Assembly (NCBI GenBank): GCA_043228905.1
Contig: JBHGNT010000011.1
Coordinates: 4,216,001-4,280,000, forward strand
Direction: 5' to 3'
DNA: 64,000 nt
Source: Azolla caroliniana
Lineage: Eukaryota > Plantae > Polypodiophyta
Numbering within the stretch: position 1 is the first letter of the stretch; the number at the start of each line of letters is the position of its first letter. The translations under genes and the position numbers were made by a program. This document shows positions 1 through 11,125 of the stretch, in pieces. Under the pieces are notes generated by a model. It saw nothing but the letters and a program-made list of their open reading frames with translations. It made no database searches and was not told the DNA's origin.

Positions 1-1208
1 TGTTGTCTAGTTGCACATATAGAACTGGCGGGAGTATACCTGGCCATGATTGCAATACCCTGTGCATGACAGTGACAGTAAGATTAGGGTCGTTGTGGAT
101 ATTGGGATAAGTTAAGAACACTTGCGGTCTTATAGTTTGACAATATGTCAAACAACCCACTAGATGCATTTGCACTAGACACTCATCTCCAATATCCTTG
201 GGGAGTCTTTGAAAATGCGCCAAACAAGTTTTCTTTTGATCCATGCCGTCAATAATCATGCACATATACTTTTCAGGAGATTGAAACGCTTTTTGTCGGT
301 GATGCATAGCCTTAGTACGTTCCAATGCCTGACTTTCACGATGTTCTTTTAACAGGTTCTTGTAATTCTTGATCTCTACATCTGATTTTCCACCCTTGGC
401 CATACTTTTTAAACTCGCACATATTGAGCAGACTCCCATTCGCACCTTTCGTGGGATAACCACGTTATTAAATTGTAACCTCCATAGTCGATTAAAATGC
501 ATGTACTGTATGTAAGGCTCAACATCGGAAGACATGTCGTCCTTGTACGATTGGTAAACTTCCCTTCGAGTAAAGTTATCAAACAAATGAAGTCTTCCTG
601 TCGTTGGCATAACTTCGCACTGTTTTGAAAAATATACCTCCATCCACCTAATTGCCTGTTACCCAATTTGACCCTTACATCCAGAACCATTTTGATCGAA
701 CTGTACCCAGGAGCCCTTCAGAAGTTGCTCTTGAACTCGTTGCAGCCGCATATTTCCAATGCTATGAGTGATTTTAAAAGCTGCTCGACAACACTTGGTA
801 TTTAGTCCAAGGAAATATTCAACTTGCGTTGAATTAGGCCCTGCTTTGTGATCCAATTTAAGTTGCATATGCAAAAGAAGAAATGTATCTTGCTCTTCCC
901 CATTAAGCGACAAGTATTTTTGTCGTGTTTCACGTAACCTTGACTTTCCATAAGTTGATAGACAGAGATTTGCACAACACGATTTGTTCAAGTCGCATAG
1001 AAGTTGACGATCAGAACATAAGAAATTAAATCTCTTTTCACTAACTTGTCGAGGAACTCTTTTAAATGCTAGAGGTTTAGTAATGCTATTGTTATCTATC
1101 GACGAAGAATCGTCCGCTTGTAAGCTTGCATGAAGAGGGCCATCAACAGGATCAATTGAAAACAGAGAATTCGAAGTACTAGGAGCCACACTTTTCTGTT
1201 TAAGCCGC
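1..1208 (-). pseudogene. DDE-type DNA transposase (DUF7869 / Sola-like), runs off the window edge, one in-frame stop, 5' end interrupted by an LTR
   Basis: ORF 659..1189 continues in frame past TAA (659-661) to base 1. Manual translation gives a Cys-rich N-terminus (SCCANLC, KCCRAAF), CSIC, then IIDGMDQKKTCLAHF, HNDPNLTVTV and PPVLYVQLDN, resembling the first and second catalytic Asp motifs of this transposase group. Family name is from motif recall. Confidence 0.75.
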
Positions 1209-1995
1209 TGTCGTAGTGTATTTCGTACACTACGTGAAAAAGTAAAAATAATATAAATGATTTAATTACATATAAATAAATAAAATAAGAATATCAAGAT
1301 ATTTATCACGTGCATAGGGCAAGATTTGAACCTTGTACCTCCACGTAGCCAAACCTCAACTTTACCATTATGCTACCTTATCTTTAGTGTTCTATAAATA
1401 GATTTAATAACTATAAGTGCTTTATTTGCGCCTACCTTTATTAAAAGGTAAATCATGCATTTTTAGAGTGCGTGAATATTTTATAGAAAAACGCAAGCGA
1501 CTAAAAAGTGACTCATGCACATCTAGCGTGCATGAGCACTATATTTAGCAAATAAAAGCAAGGATTAGAAAAGCATCACATGCACATTTAGTGTGCATGA
1601 ACATATTAGAAAAAGCATGTAGTTATGCTTAGTCTCTCCCATCACTACATAAGGATGGGGAGCACAATGTAATAGGTGTGTGAAATATTTGGAAATTGGA
1701 TATATTTCTGAAAACACCAACCGATTAATATAATCGTGGGATTCACGAAAATAATATAATCTATACTTGTGGGATTCACAAGTTTCTTATATCTTTCTTT
1801 CAATCTAAATACATATTCTTATCTAAATATTGATTAATCGAATACAATACACTCGTGGGATTCACGAAATTTCTATCTCTCTTTCTAATAATCTATTTAT
1901 TACTAGCCTCATCTCATATTCTTCTTTTTCCTAGTCCAAAACCTCGGCGGTTCCCACCCGACTCACGCAACGATCCGGAGCCGAAAGGCACGACA
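1209..1995 (+). repeat. 5' LTR of tRNA-Trp-primed Gypsy-like element A
   Basis: TGTCGT...ACGACA termini; homologous to the inverted solo LTR at 16018-16721 and the fragment at 46893-47764; internal motif GTGGGATTCAC x3; followed by a PBS. Confidence 0.9.
1310..1377 (-). promoter_or_regulatory. tRNA-like Pol III A/B-box module inside LTR A
   Basis: Minus strand reads TAGCATAATGG-32 nt-GGTTCAAATC; the solo-LTR copy has a perfect GGTTCGAATCC at 16598-16608. Confidence 0.6.
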
Positions 1996-1999
1996 CAGT

Positions 2000-2016
2000 T
2001 GGTGAACCCGACGTGA
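2000..2016 (+). promoter_or_regulatory. Primer binding site, tRNA-Trp
   Basis: TGGTGAACCCGACGTGA, 4 nt after the LTR end; complementary to the plant tRNA-Trp 3' end (..TCACGTCGGGTTCACCA). Confidence 0.85.
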
Positions 2017-2033
2017 AGGCGGGTGGCAAGGAG

Positions 2034-3986
2034 ATGGAGAATCAACAAGAGGCGATGAACATGATGATAATGATGTTCGAGTGGATGCTACAAGAACAAC
2101 GAGCGATGTCGGAGATCACGGGGGCAGTAAAGCGGCTCGTACAACGAAACGGGGAATTCAACGGTAAGGGTGTGTCACGCTACCTACGTGAATATAAGGC
2201 GGAGATGATGCAATATCGGATACCGGAAGGATTGCAAGTGATATCCTTTAGTCGGGTGGCCTCGGACGAACTACAAGAGAGAATCCACAAGATACAACAA
2301 CAAAACTCGACATGGGAGTCCTTTGAAGAAGCATATGACTATGAGAGATGGACGGGACGAGATCGACGAGAATTCGACGAATGGGTGGCGTCGGAGAAGA
2401 CTCACCGAAGTGCAACGCAAGCGTTCCTAGAGTTCGAGCATCGTTTTGCTCGACTCTCGGAGCGGGAACGAAGATTGGTGGGAGAGGATAAAGTCCTAAT
2501 GTTCGTAAAATCGATCGATCGAAAAGAAAGGATGGACATCGGGATTGAACTCGAAGACGATGACGGTACGAATGGTCTTACTGAAGATTGGGCCGAAGTC
2601 AAAAGGGTATGCCGGAGACATGATGAGAGGAAGATGAGAATCTTGTCAACGACATGGCCGATGAAGGATGGTCGATTGAAGACAAACGATGGAGCCAATA
2701 TGAAGGCCGAAATACAACATGATGGTGCGACGGAAGAGGGTGTAAAACAAGCTACCCTCTTGTCTTGCGAAAGAACAACGACAAAGGATAAGGCCGATAA
2801 CCCAAGTGTAGAAGAAGATTTCGGAATACAAGTGTCCGAAACATCGGGTGAAAAAGGGGTAAGCATAATTGATGTTTGCATAATTGATGCAGTGAAAGAG
2901 AGCAAAGAGGACTTGATTGAGGAGGTCGCCACGAAAGATGACATTGAATTGAAGGTGGCTATGGACGAATCAACGACGGATGGCCATATCGAGACTTCCC
3001 CACCACTGATTCTAGAGACTCTGGCGGTTGCGTTCGAAAGGCAACGTGAGACCGAAGAGACGGAAGGTGGCGGAGAGAAAACAAAGGTCGAAGTCGATGC
3101 ATACGACGGAGAGATAGCCGAGAATATGGCTATGGGTGAAACAATGGAGGATGATAATACCGAGGATTCCTGCCCACTAATCCTAGAGACTTCGGCGGTT
3201 GTGTCTGAGAAGCAACGTGAGACCGGAGAGACGGGAGGTGGCAGCAAGAAAGGTAAAGTCGGAAGCCGGTTTGGATGGAAGGTGATCCGGACGGGATTCC
3301 GATCCGAAAGAAAGCCGAACCGGGTAAAAGAGGATTCGACCAAAAGTCGACCCGAAAGAAAGCCGAACCGAAAGGAAGAGAATTCGGCCGAAAGACGACA
3401 CAAACGAAAGCCGAACCGGGCGAATGAGGATTCGGCCGAAAGACGACCCGAAAGAAAGCCGACCCGAAAAGGGGTCGACTCGGTCAAAACCGATCGACTG
3501 AGTCTGACTTGGCCGAACGCGAATATGGATGGAAGCCGACCTAGCCGAAAGCCAATCGGACGAGACCGATCCGGAAAGAAGCTAATTCGACTCAACCGGA
3601 GGTTGGACCGGTCAAGGCTGGTGAAAATGAGGAAAAGAAAGCCAACCGAAACCGAAACCGATAGATCGAAACCAGGTCGGAAGGAGACCGACTCAATCGA
3701 AACCGAACAACCGATTCCGATTCGGCCGAATACGAATCCGATCGGAAGCCGATCAAACCGAAAGTTAATCGGACGAGAGCGATCCGGAAAAAAGTCAAGG
3801 TTGATGAAGACAAGAAAGAGGTTAGAAATTTCATTTTCATTATCACGTGAAAGAATCCATCGAGCTCAGAGCATAGGCCAATTTTCGAGCACTCAGAAGC
3901 ACATCGTCGACAGCACTACCTCCTACACGAATCATGAACAAGGGAAAGAAAATCGTCAGGTTAGTAATATTCTTTACATTTTTTAA
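2034..3986 (+). CDS. gag: Gag-like protein of element A, followed by acidic and repeat-derived read-through; element truncated, no pol or 3' LTR
   Basis: ORF starts right after the PBS; FNGKGVSRYLREY gag-like motif; a homologous start lies at ~46655-46852 (minus). The tail after ~3260 is low-complexity repeat sequence. Confidence 0.65.
   Translation: MENQQEAMNMMIMMFEWMLQEQRAMSEITGAVKRLVQRNGEFNGKGVSRYLREYKAEMMQYRIPEGLQVISFSRVASDELQERIHKIQQQNSTWESFEEAYDYERWTGRDRREFDEWVASEKTHRSATQAFLEFEHRFARLSERERRLVGEDKVLMFVKSIDRKERMDIGIELEDDDGTNGLTEDWAEVKRVCRRHDERKMRILSTTWPMKDGRLKTNDGANMKAEIQHDGATEEGVKQATLLSCERTTTKDKADNPSVEEDFGIQVSETSGEKGVSIIDVCIIDAVKESKEDLIEEVATKDDIELKVAMDESTTDGHIETSPPLILETLAVAFERQRETEETEGGGEKTKVEVDAYDGEIAENMAMGETMEDDNTEDSCPLILETSAVVSEKQRETGETGGGSKKGKVGSRFGWKVIRTGFRSERKPNRVKEDSTKSRPERKPNRKEENSAERRHKRKPNRANEDSAERRPERKPTRKGVDSVKTDRLSLTWPNANMDGSRPSRKPIGRDRSGKKLIRLNRRLDRSRLVKMRKRKPTETETDRSKPGRKETDSIETEQPIPIRPNTNPIGSRSNRKLIGRERSGKKSRLMKTRKRLEISFSLSRERIHRAQSIGQFSSTQKHIVDSTTSYTNHEQGKENRQVSNILYIF
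3290..3800 (+). repeat. Degenerate ~36-bp tandem repeats (CCGAAAGAAAGCCGAACCG..GAGGATTCGG) and related CCGA-rich repeats
   Basis: Repeated unit visible at about 3304, 3352, 3409 and 3448. Confidence 0.7.
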
Positions 3987-6900
3987 GATTCCTAAAGATT
4001 CCTTAAAGATTCCTTTCCTCAACACATAGAAATTTTATTTTATTTTGTACAACGAACTTGGAAAGCAATTCTGAAAGGCAGGACCTTCAACGAAAATCCA
4101 ATGCACTGCATCGGATTTTGGTTGAAAGTCCTGCGATAGTTTTTTATCGCAAAAACAACATTTTTTTCAACGAAAATCCGATGCAAAAAAATGTTGTTTT
4201 TGCGATAAAAAACTATCGCATGGGACCATAAAATTGACGTAATTTAGATGATAATTTGCGTGATTTAGAAAAAATTGTACGTTGTTTCTATGTTTTCACC
4301 AACGTTTTTAATTTCAGTGAACCCAGACAAAAAGTTCCTTCATTTAGATTGAAGATTCGATCTCCGACAAAACGAGATTCTTGCTCCTTCATGAAGGACA
4401 CGAGTAAAAAGATTTTATTTGACTCAACGGGGGAAGGAGGATCCAAGTCATCTGTGGCTACTACCAAAATCAACAAAGGTAGTACGCAAGAGGAGAAAAC
4501 GGTTGAGGTGAAATATAAGGATTACCCCGAACTTGAATGGTGTCTCTCCTATGTCGAGGAGGATGGGGTGCTGTTATTGATAACAGCAAAATCGGATGGG
4601 GAAGGGAAACTTCAGCTTGGAAAAACATTTAATTACGGGCATGTAACCAAGCTAGAGTACGAAGACATTGACTCTACAAGTATTTTAATCGACGTCTCGA
4701 GCTCAGTTGGCAACAGGCGATTGCGACTTGACGAGGGAAACCTAGTACCCGAATCTTGCAATCCCAAGGCTTTGTGTAAAGACCTACAAACGAAAAATAA
4801 CTTGTTGGTAGCTCTTCGGCCGTACGTGACAGGAGAGATGATGACCGGTGAAGCAGAAACTCCACCGAAAAAGTCTAGGAAGACAAATCCTGTTCAAAAG
4901 AAATATACTAAACGACCACGACCCGAAGAAGAAGAAGAAGAAATATTAGAGTTCGTGGAAGAAGAAGACGACCAACAAGTCGATGTCGTGGCTCCAGGCG
5001 GACAACTATCTTCTGGTGTCCTGACGTCAGAACAAAATAAAATAAGAGAAAATATTGTGAAGACTAAACTTGTGCGCAGGGGCCAGCTATTTCATTTGCC
5101 CATTACTTCTATCCAAAGGTCCCCCATTGACCCCGTGACTGGAAGACGTCCCCTGGAAATTAGGGAGCCGCACTCCGTCCATGTGCAAAACCTGAAAAGC
5201 AAAATGAAAATCAATCCTCACGCTACTGTGGTGCCATTTTTGGGAATGGATGATCAAGAACAATGCCCAACAGTAGCAGATTTCAAGTATAGCTCTGCAG
5301 ACGATTACATATACTATGTAATGGGAGGATCACATTCGGCCGAAGCTCGACGACAGCTTGTCAAAGAATATCCTCTCACGCCGTTCTTCAAGTACGCCGA
5401 ATGTAAGGTATATGCAGGACTAACTCACGAGGAGGCGAAGCTACTCGCATGGGACCATAACAATGACAATGATTATAGGCAAAAGATGTCATGTATAGAG
5501 AGGATAAGATTTTTTCATCATGAATACCTGGATGCCTTGAATCGTTTTGGTCCAAGATTGTGGCCTGGATTGCGACGCCAGTGTTTATTGGAAGTAGGGA
5601 TTGCAGTGGATGAGAGTACCAAATCCGAAGGTCTCCAAAAATATGATTCTTGGTTTCAACTGGCTTTTCGGACCGGAGAGGTGTGGGATCTCCAAGACAA
5701 AATATTCTCTATGTGGGAGCGGAAAGAAGTCAAGGGGCAAAGATAAAAAAAGGGAAGAATTGATCCACAAGTTGAGATGAAATCAAAGACCAAGGGAAAA
5801 AGCGACTTGGTAATCGAGGAGTTAGCAGAGGACATGAAACTTTTACCTTGGAGATCATTACAAGGTATCAAAGATGATAGATTGTTAATATCCGTGCTAT
5901 CTCGAGTGGTCGCCAAGGAATTTAGTTTGGACGAGATGGTAACAAACTTGCAAAAGTAAGTGTTTATAGTATACCTTTTCATGAAAGTCTTCAATTATTT
6001 TGAATATCTTATTTCTAATTTCATATTGATTGTGCAGTCACAAGGTATACATGAAGATTCAGGAGTTGATGATGCAAAAACTGAGTTTACCGACATGGGA
6101 AGAAGTTGAACAAGCCTGCCCAATAACTTCTTCCTACAAGGCATTGGAGGAATATTTTATTGTATTTAGAGAATGGGTATGTGTCTTTTGAATGTTGATA
6201 TGTTAGAAACTAATGTTCCCTACAAACAACAATGACATTTGCAGAAACCATCAAAATCGAAAAAGAACAACGACAATAATGACGGTATTCCAGCGGCCTT
6301 CATCACGCACTTAGAACGTGCGAAATATGAGAAGAGAATGACTAAAGGGAAGGAAATGGAACTGCCCAAGGATTCGGAGACTGTAAAGAGTTTTTTGCAT
6401 AGGTCCGATCCTTTCAAACAGCTTCATTATAGTGTTTTCAATGGCTCGAACTGTTACCGAGAAGGCACTACACTTTGCTGATAGCTGACATACCATATGG
6501 TTTCCGTATTGCGGGATCAACATATGATGATGTGCCTTTCAAGTACCCTCAGATCGAGAAAATGGTAAAGGATTTCGCAGAACTGACATTGGCCCCCTTG
6601 TGGAGGATAGTCATATTTCATAGCATGGGGCAATCACTGTCAGTCACAACAGCTTTGAAGTCTCGTTGTCATGCCACTGAACACATGCATTGGTGCGTTA
6701 TAGTTTGCTTTTACTCATTACAGTACTTCTTATTATATGTACACATTTACACCTCTAATACTTGATTTTCTTTCTCTATAGGATCAAAACAAATATTACA
6801 CGTAGCCCTGGCGATCGAATGGTTAGTGTGGTCGAACATTTTTGTGTGGGCTACTATGATTCAATTACAAAGAAGAAGGCTAGAGCACATGTCAATGAGC

Positions 6901-7511
6901 GTAATGTGGTTAACTACATCATGTGCCCAGCTGTAAGCAAAAAATTAAGACATGTGTCAGGGGATAAAAGTATGGTGAACCCTTATCAAAAACCTCAAAG
7001 ATTGATCAACCGCCTCATAGAGCTCTTCTCGAATCCAGATGATTGGGTCCTAGACTTGTTCTCTGGCACAGGTATAATATATATATTTAATTTCAATCCT
7101 GTCGATCAAGTTTAAGACGTTACTTCTTATATATACTTGTTTGTGTTCATGCGACCATTAGGTACAACGATAGCTTGTGCATTGAAGATGTTTAGAAACT
7201 GTGTTGCATTGGAGAAGGACCCTGCTCAAGTTAACTTCATCAAAATGAGGATCACAGGAATCTGGGACGGTCCAGATCAGGATCAAGAAGTCGGAGCAAA
7301 ACACATCAACGAGACAGAGATGTTCCAGATGACTTCACGAGAACCAATGGAACCAATTGATGAAGAAGCAGGGGAGCTGGTGGACCTGGAAGATGTAGCA
7401 CAGTTTGACCATACATCAGATTCGGGAGAGCTTGGAGATGACATGAATGAAAATAGTCTAGAACAATCAGCGCCAGAGGAGCCTGCTCTGCCTGATTTGC
7501 TTATAGATTGA
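3934..7511 (+). pseudogene. Six-exon gene: ParB/Srx-like domain fused to a beta-class N6-adenine/N4-cytosine DNA methyltransferase; this copy is disrupted
   Basis: Exons 3934-3959, 4318-5955, 6038-6176, 6245-6692, 6782-7071 and 7162-7511, joined by GT-AG introns with matching phases. ParB-like segment: IREPHSVHVQNL..YYVMGGSHSAEA..KVYAGLTHEEAKLLAWDHN. MTase: LLIADIPYG (6487-6498, motif IV), W|IKTN..VVEH, NPYQKP and WVLDLFSGTG|TTIACA..RNCVALEKD (motif I after motif IV = beta order). Lesions are TAA at 5744-5746 and a frameshift near 6444. Confidence 0.85.
4078..4220. repeat. Two overlapping inverted repeats in intron 1
   Basis: 28-bp arms at 4078-4105/4107-4134 (3 mismatches); perfect 36-bp arms at 4132-4167/4185-4220. 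Confidence 0.9.
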
Positions 7512-8859
7512 TGTAGATGGCGTAATGTAAAAATTGAGGATTTTGAGGCATAATGTTCACCATCACTTCATATTATATTTGTATATGAGAACATCTGTAA
7601 TTGTTTATCGTTTAATTAAATTCACCTGTTCATAATTTCCCTTTTTAATCATTATTGGAACCGTAGTTTGTATTTACATATAATTGGTCACCATGCTCTT
7701 CTTCAGTTTGAGATATTAACATGATATTGTAATTTCTCATTTCCGTTAGCATGACTGTATATGAAAAGGCGAATGTTTTTGATAATAAAAGGTTTTTAGT
7801 TACCTACGGTTCAAGTCTACTGGTTCCACATAGTATAAATGAATGTCGTACGTAGTTGTTACTCTTACCAATTACATTGTCATGAACTATATGACATTAT
7901 ACAATGAAACTATCGATATACCTGTCCAACAAGTGGGGTACTACTTTATTCCTAAACCCAAAACCACATATTTATAATTACGGTTTATGTAGTTTTACTC
8001 TACAATTTGAATATGGATACCAATTTTAGAACTTTATATTGAACCAAGTCTTCAATTGTGCTCCATGATATGCAAATTGACACGAATGTGGACACATATA
8101 CAATTTAGTAATTGCTAGGTTTTTTTTGTTCTATATTTAACCATCAAGTCGCAAAAGGGGTACGCATGCATCGTATATTTTCGATATCGGGCTAAAATAG
8201 GGTACTTTTCTACATCTGGCCAACTATGCCAAAAGAGAATACGACATATTACCTGTTTCAAATGACCCGGTGTTCAAACCTCCGTGCAAGCGCAACAACA
8301 ATGCACCGGTAGCCTGTGGCTCTGGTGGATAGGTGAACAGATTGCTAGAGCAGTGGGGTATATTGAGGCGGAAGAAAGAGCGCAAAGCGAACGGTTGCTC
8401 ATCACAACCGAACAACTAGAGACACAAGTTGGCTATCGAGGTGGATGTCCCAACCTTCACCGTGTTCGATGTAGTCCAGAGCGCCTTGGAGGCCGTGGGT
8501 GAGTTGGTAATGATCTACCAAGTTAGCGTAGAGCCGCAACATTGAATTGGGAACTCGTGTTGTGGAGTAGCAGGGGGTAGTGAAGACAAGAGGTGGAAGT
8601 TGCTGGTGGAGCATGAGGTGGGTGAGGGGGTGATTGAAAGGGAGGGCTTTATGGATTATGGCGTCCGTGAATGCCCGACCTGGGTGTGTGACAACCCGTG
8701 TGTGTAGCGGGAAGGGATCGGCTAGTGGGGAGGTGGGAGGTGGGGTGGAACGGGGTTGGGCAAGGGGGTGTGCGAAAGGGGTTGCGGCTGAACATGGGGT
8801 GCGTATGATCAGGTACGTGGTGTTCGCTGAGGTGTGGAAAGGTGGGAGGGGAGTGAGGA

Positions 8860-8928
8860 GGGGGGGAGGTGGCGGTGGTGATGAGGTATGGTTAGGGGGT
8901 GGGGGTGGGGGTGGGGGTGGGGGTGGGT
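8860..8928 (+). repeat. G-rich (GGGGGT)n tract; poly-Pro on the minus strand, potential G-quadruplex
   Basis: Five or more GGGGGT units seen directly. Confidence 0.8.
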
Positions 8929-11125
8929 TATGGTCGATATCATCAGGTGAGTCAGGGTCCCACTCCGGGTGGATAGCAGAGGGAGGGTGGGCGGGGTTCG
9001 GGGGTAGTAGTGCATGAGCCTCGTCGAAGATCATAAGTTGGTACTCACGAGAGATGTCGAGGTAGAGATGTAACTCTCGTATGTCGTCAGGATTGAGCTC
9101 AGTGGGCCAGTTGAATACTACACATTCTATAATGAATATGTGGGTACGAACCTTGATGTCCCAGGTGTTTTGCCAAGCGCGGATTAACCAAAGGAACCCC
9201 AAAGGGGGAACGTAGGCAGTGGCGCTCTCCAGCATGGCACGGGTGAGGGTGTCAGCGATTCGGTGTAAGCGCACACGCGTGAAAAAAGAGTTGAGCCAAT
9301 TGGTCTTCGTTGACTTGCATCGTGACATCGGAAGGGTAAGCGAAACACACTAGCTCAGGGATGTCTAAGTCCGGGGTGATGGCGGTATGGGGTTAGGCCA
9401 TGCATTTGAGAAACAAGATAGGAAGGTGTTGGGGGAAGAGGTTGTCGACCAGTGGTTGGGGCTCGTCTGTGACTTCCGGATACAACATAAATAGTGCTAG
9501 GGCGTGGTTGTCTTTCGGAAGTACTCAGACAAATGTCGTCCAATCAAGTGGGGTGGTCTCGTCGAAGAACACATGACGTGTAGTGGGTAACGACCGCAAT
9601 ACGCACGTGGCCTGAGCGAGAAGGTGGTGCGGTGTACGTGGTGTAGTGAAGAGTTCAGAGAGTTGGGATGTCGAGGTCACACACACCGAGAGCGCCTGAA
9701 TCATATTCAGAGTAACGGGGGGAGTAGATGGGGGGGTCCGAACGGTGGAGGCGCCAGTCGTGCCTGGGATGAGGGCGTGCTTGAGGGAGGCTTTGGTCGT
9801 ACGGAGTTGGGTGATGTCCTTCTCGAGCTCGGCGCACTAGCGGTGGTGTTTGATGAGGAGGCATAGATTCCGCTCGTTTGCAACTTCCACTTGTTGAACC
9901 ATAGCATCATGTTTAGCTTTGAGCGTTGTGATCTCGTTCGTGAGTATGTGATTTGTGGCCGTGGTGTTGTCCAGGGCCTCAGACTGTGCAGAGAGGTCAA
10001 CCGTCATGGCCACGAGTTATGTTTCCGTCCGTTGGTGTTGTGTGGTGAGGCGTTCGTACTCGGCAGAGAGTTCGATGTGTGTTTGTGCTGCTTGTTCTTG
10101 GTCGTGGCGCCACGTTGTCTGGGCTCGGTGGAACTCATCGGTGAGTTCGTGGCGTCGGGTTTGTTCAGCGAGGAACTCCTTCTTGAGGAGGTCGTAGGCG
10201 GCAGCTTGGCATGCGTTGGTATGGTGGGCGTTTCTTACTTCGGCGAGCAAGACCTCGTTCCGTGTGTAGGCCTCCTGCTATTCATTGGCGGTATGTTGGG
10301 CCTGCGCGTGGACTTGGAGTAGGCGTCGATTCACGACGGAAGTCATCTTGAGGATGTCTGTCACCATGTCGGCTAAGGGTTTGGGGGTGGCGGAGAGTGT
10401 TGGAGTAGGGTGGGCGGTTATGGCAGTGGGTGGGTTAGGGCTGGTAATGGTTCCGGTGAGGTGGTCGTTAGGGTGGTATCAAGGGGTGGTTGGGAGGGAA
10501 CAACCGGGCTTGGGGACGGTGGTGGGTTAGGGTTCTCGGGAGGGGGAAGGGGGGTTTTAACCATTGGGGCGTCAATGGGTGGTGGGTTGTGGCGGGCTAG
10601 TTTACGGGGTCGAGGTTGCAAGGTGTCATCGGTAAGCATAGGGGGTGTTGGCTAGGTGGTCGTGCAAGGGGAAGCTGGCGGGGTTTCACCGTGGAGAGAG
10701 GTTGTCGGGTGTGGAAGGGGTAGGTCCACTAGGTTCTGAGGTCGAGAAGGATCGTTTCGGTGGTGCAACTGCGAGTACGAGGGGTAATGGCCGTGGTTTG
10801 AGGGGACACGTAGTAGAATGTTGTAGACAATTCTTGGATTTCCGCGGGGCTGAATTCATGTGTCTGGAATTCTTTGTGCGTTGGGTGATATCCTCGGGGG
10901 TATCGAGGGTATCCTCGACTGCCACATGGGTGATTTGTGGTTGTTTGTGCATTGGTGGGCGTTCACGTTCGCCTTGGTGGACTTGCCTTAAGAAGCCACG
11001 TTCCGGAATGCGGAGCCGCTCGGGTTGACCTGGTATGGTTATCTTGCGGCATCGTTCCTGGCAGCGTATGTAAGGAGGATCGGGAGGGCCGATATTGAGC
11101 TTTGTGACGAGAACTAAACTTCCCC

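Noticed and set aside
409-690. 93-aa ORF as a frameshifted continuation of the transposase
   Set aside because: Wrong frame; the true continuation is in frame past the TAA at 659-661.
2402-3595. 397-aa minus-strand ORF
   Set aside because: Ser/Phe-rich antisense shadow of the purine-rich gag and repeat region; no recognisable motifs.
4256-7511. Bacterial contaminant operon (ParB plus MTase)
   Set aside because: Five phase-consistent GT-AG introns and flanking plant retroelements indicate a eukaryotic locus.
7600-8315. Right terminus or TIR of the putative MTase transposon
   Set aside because: The partner end is outside the window; no terminus can be supported from the sequence alone.
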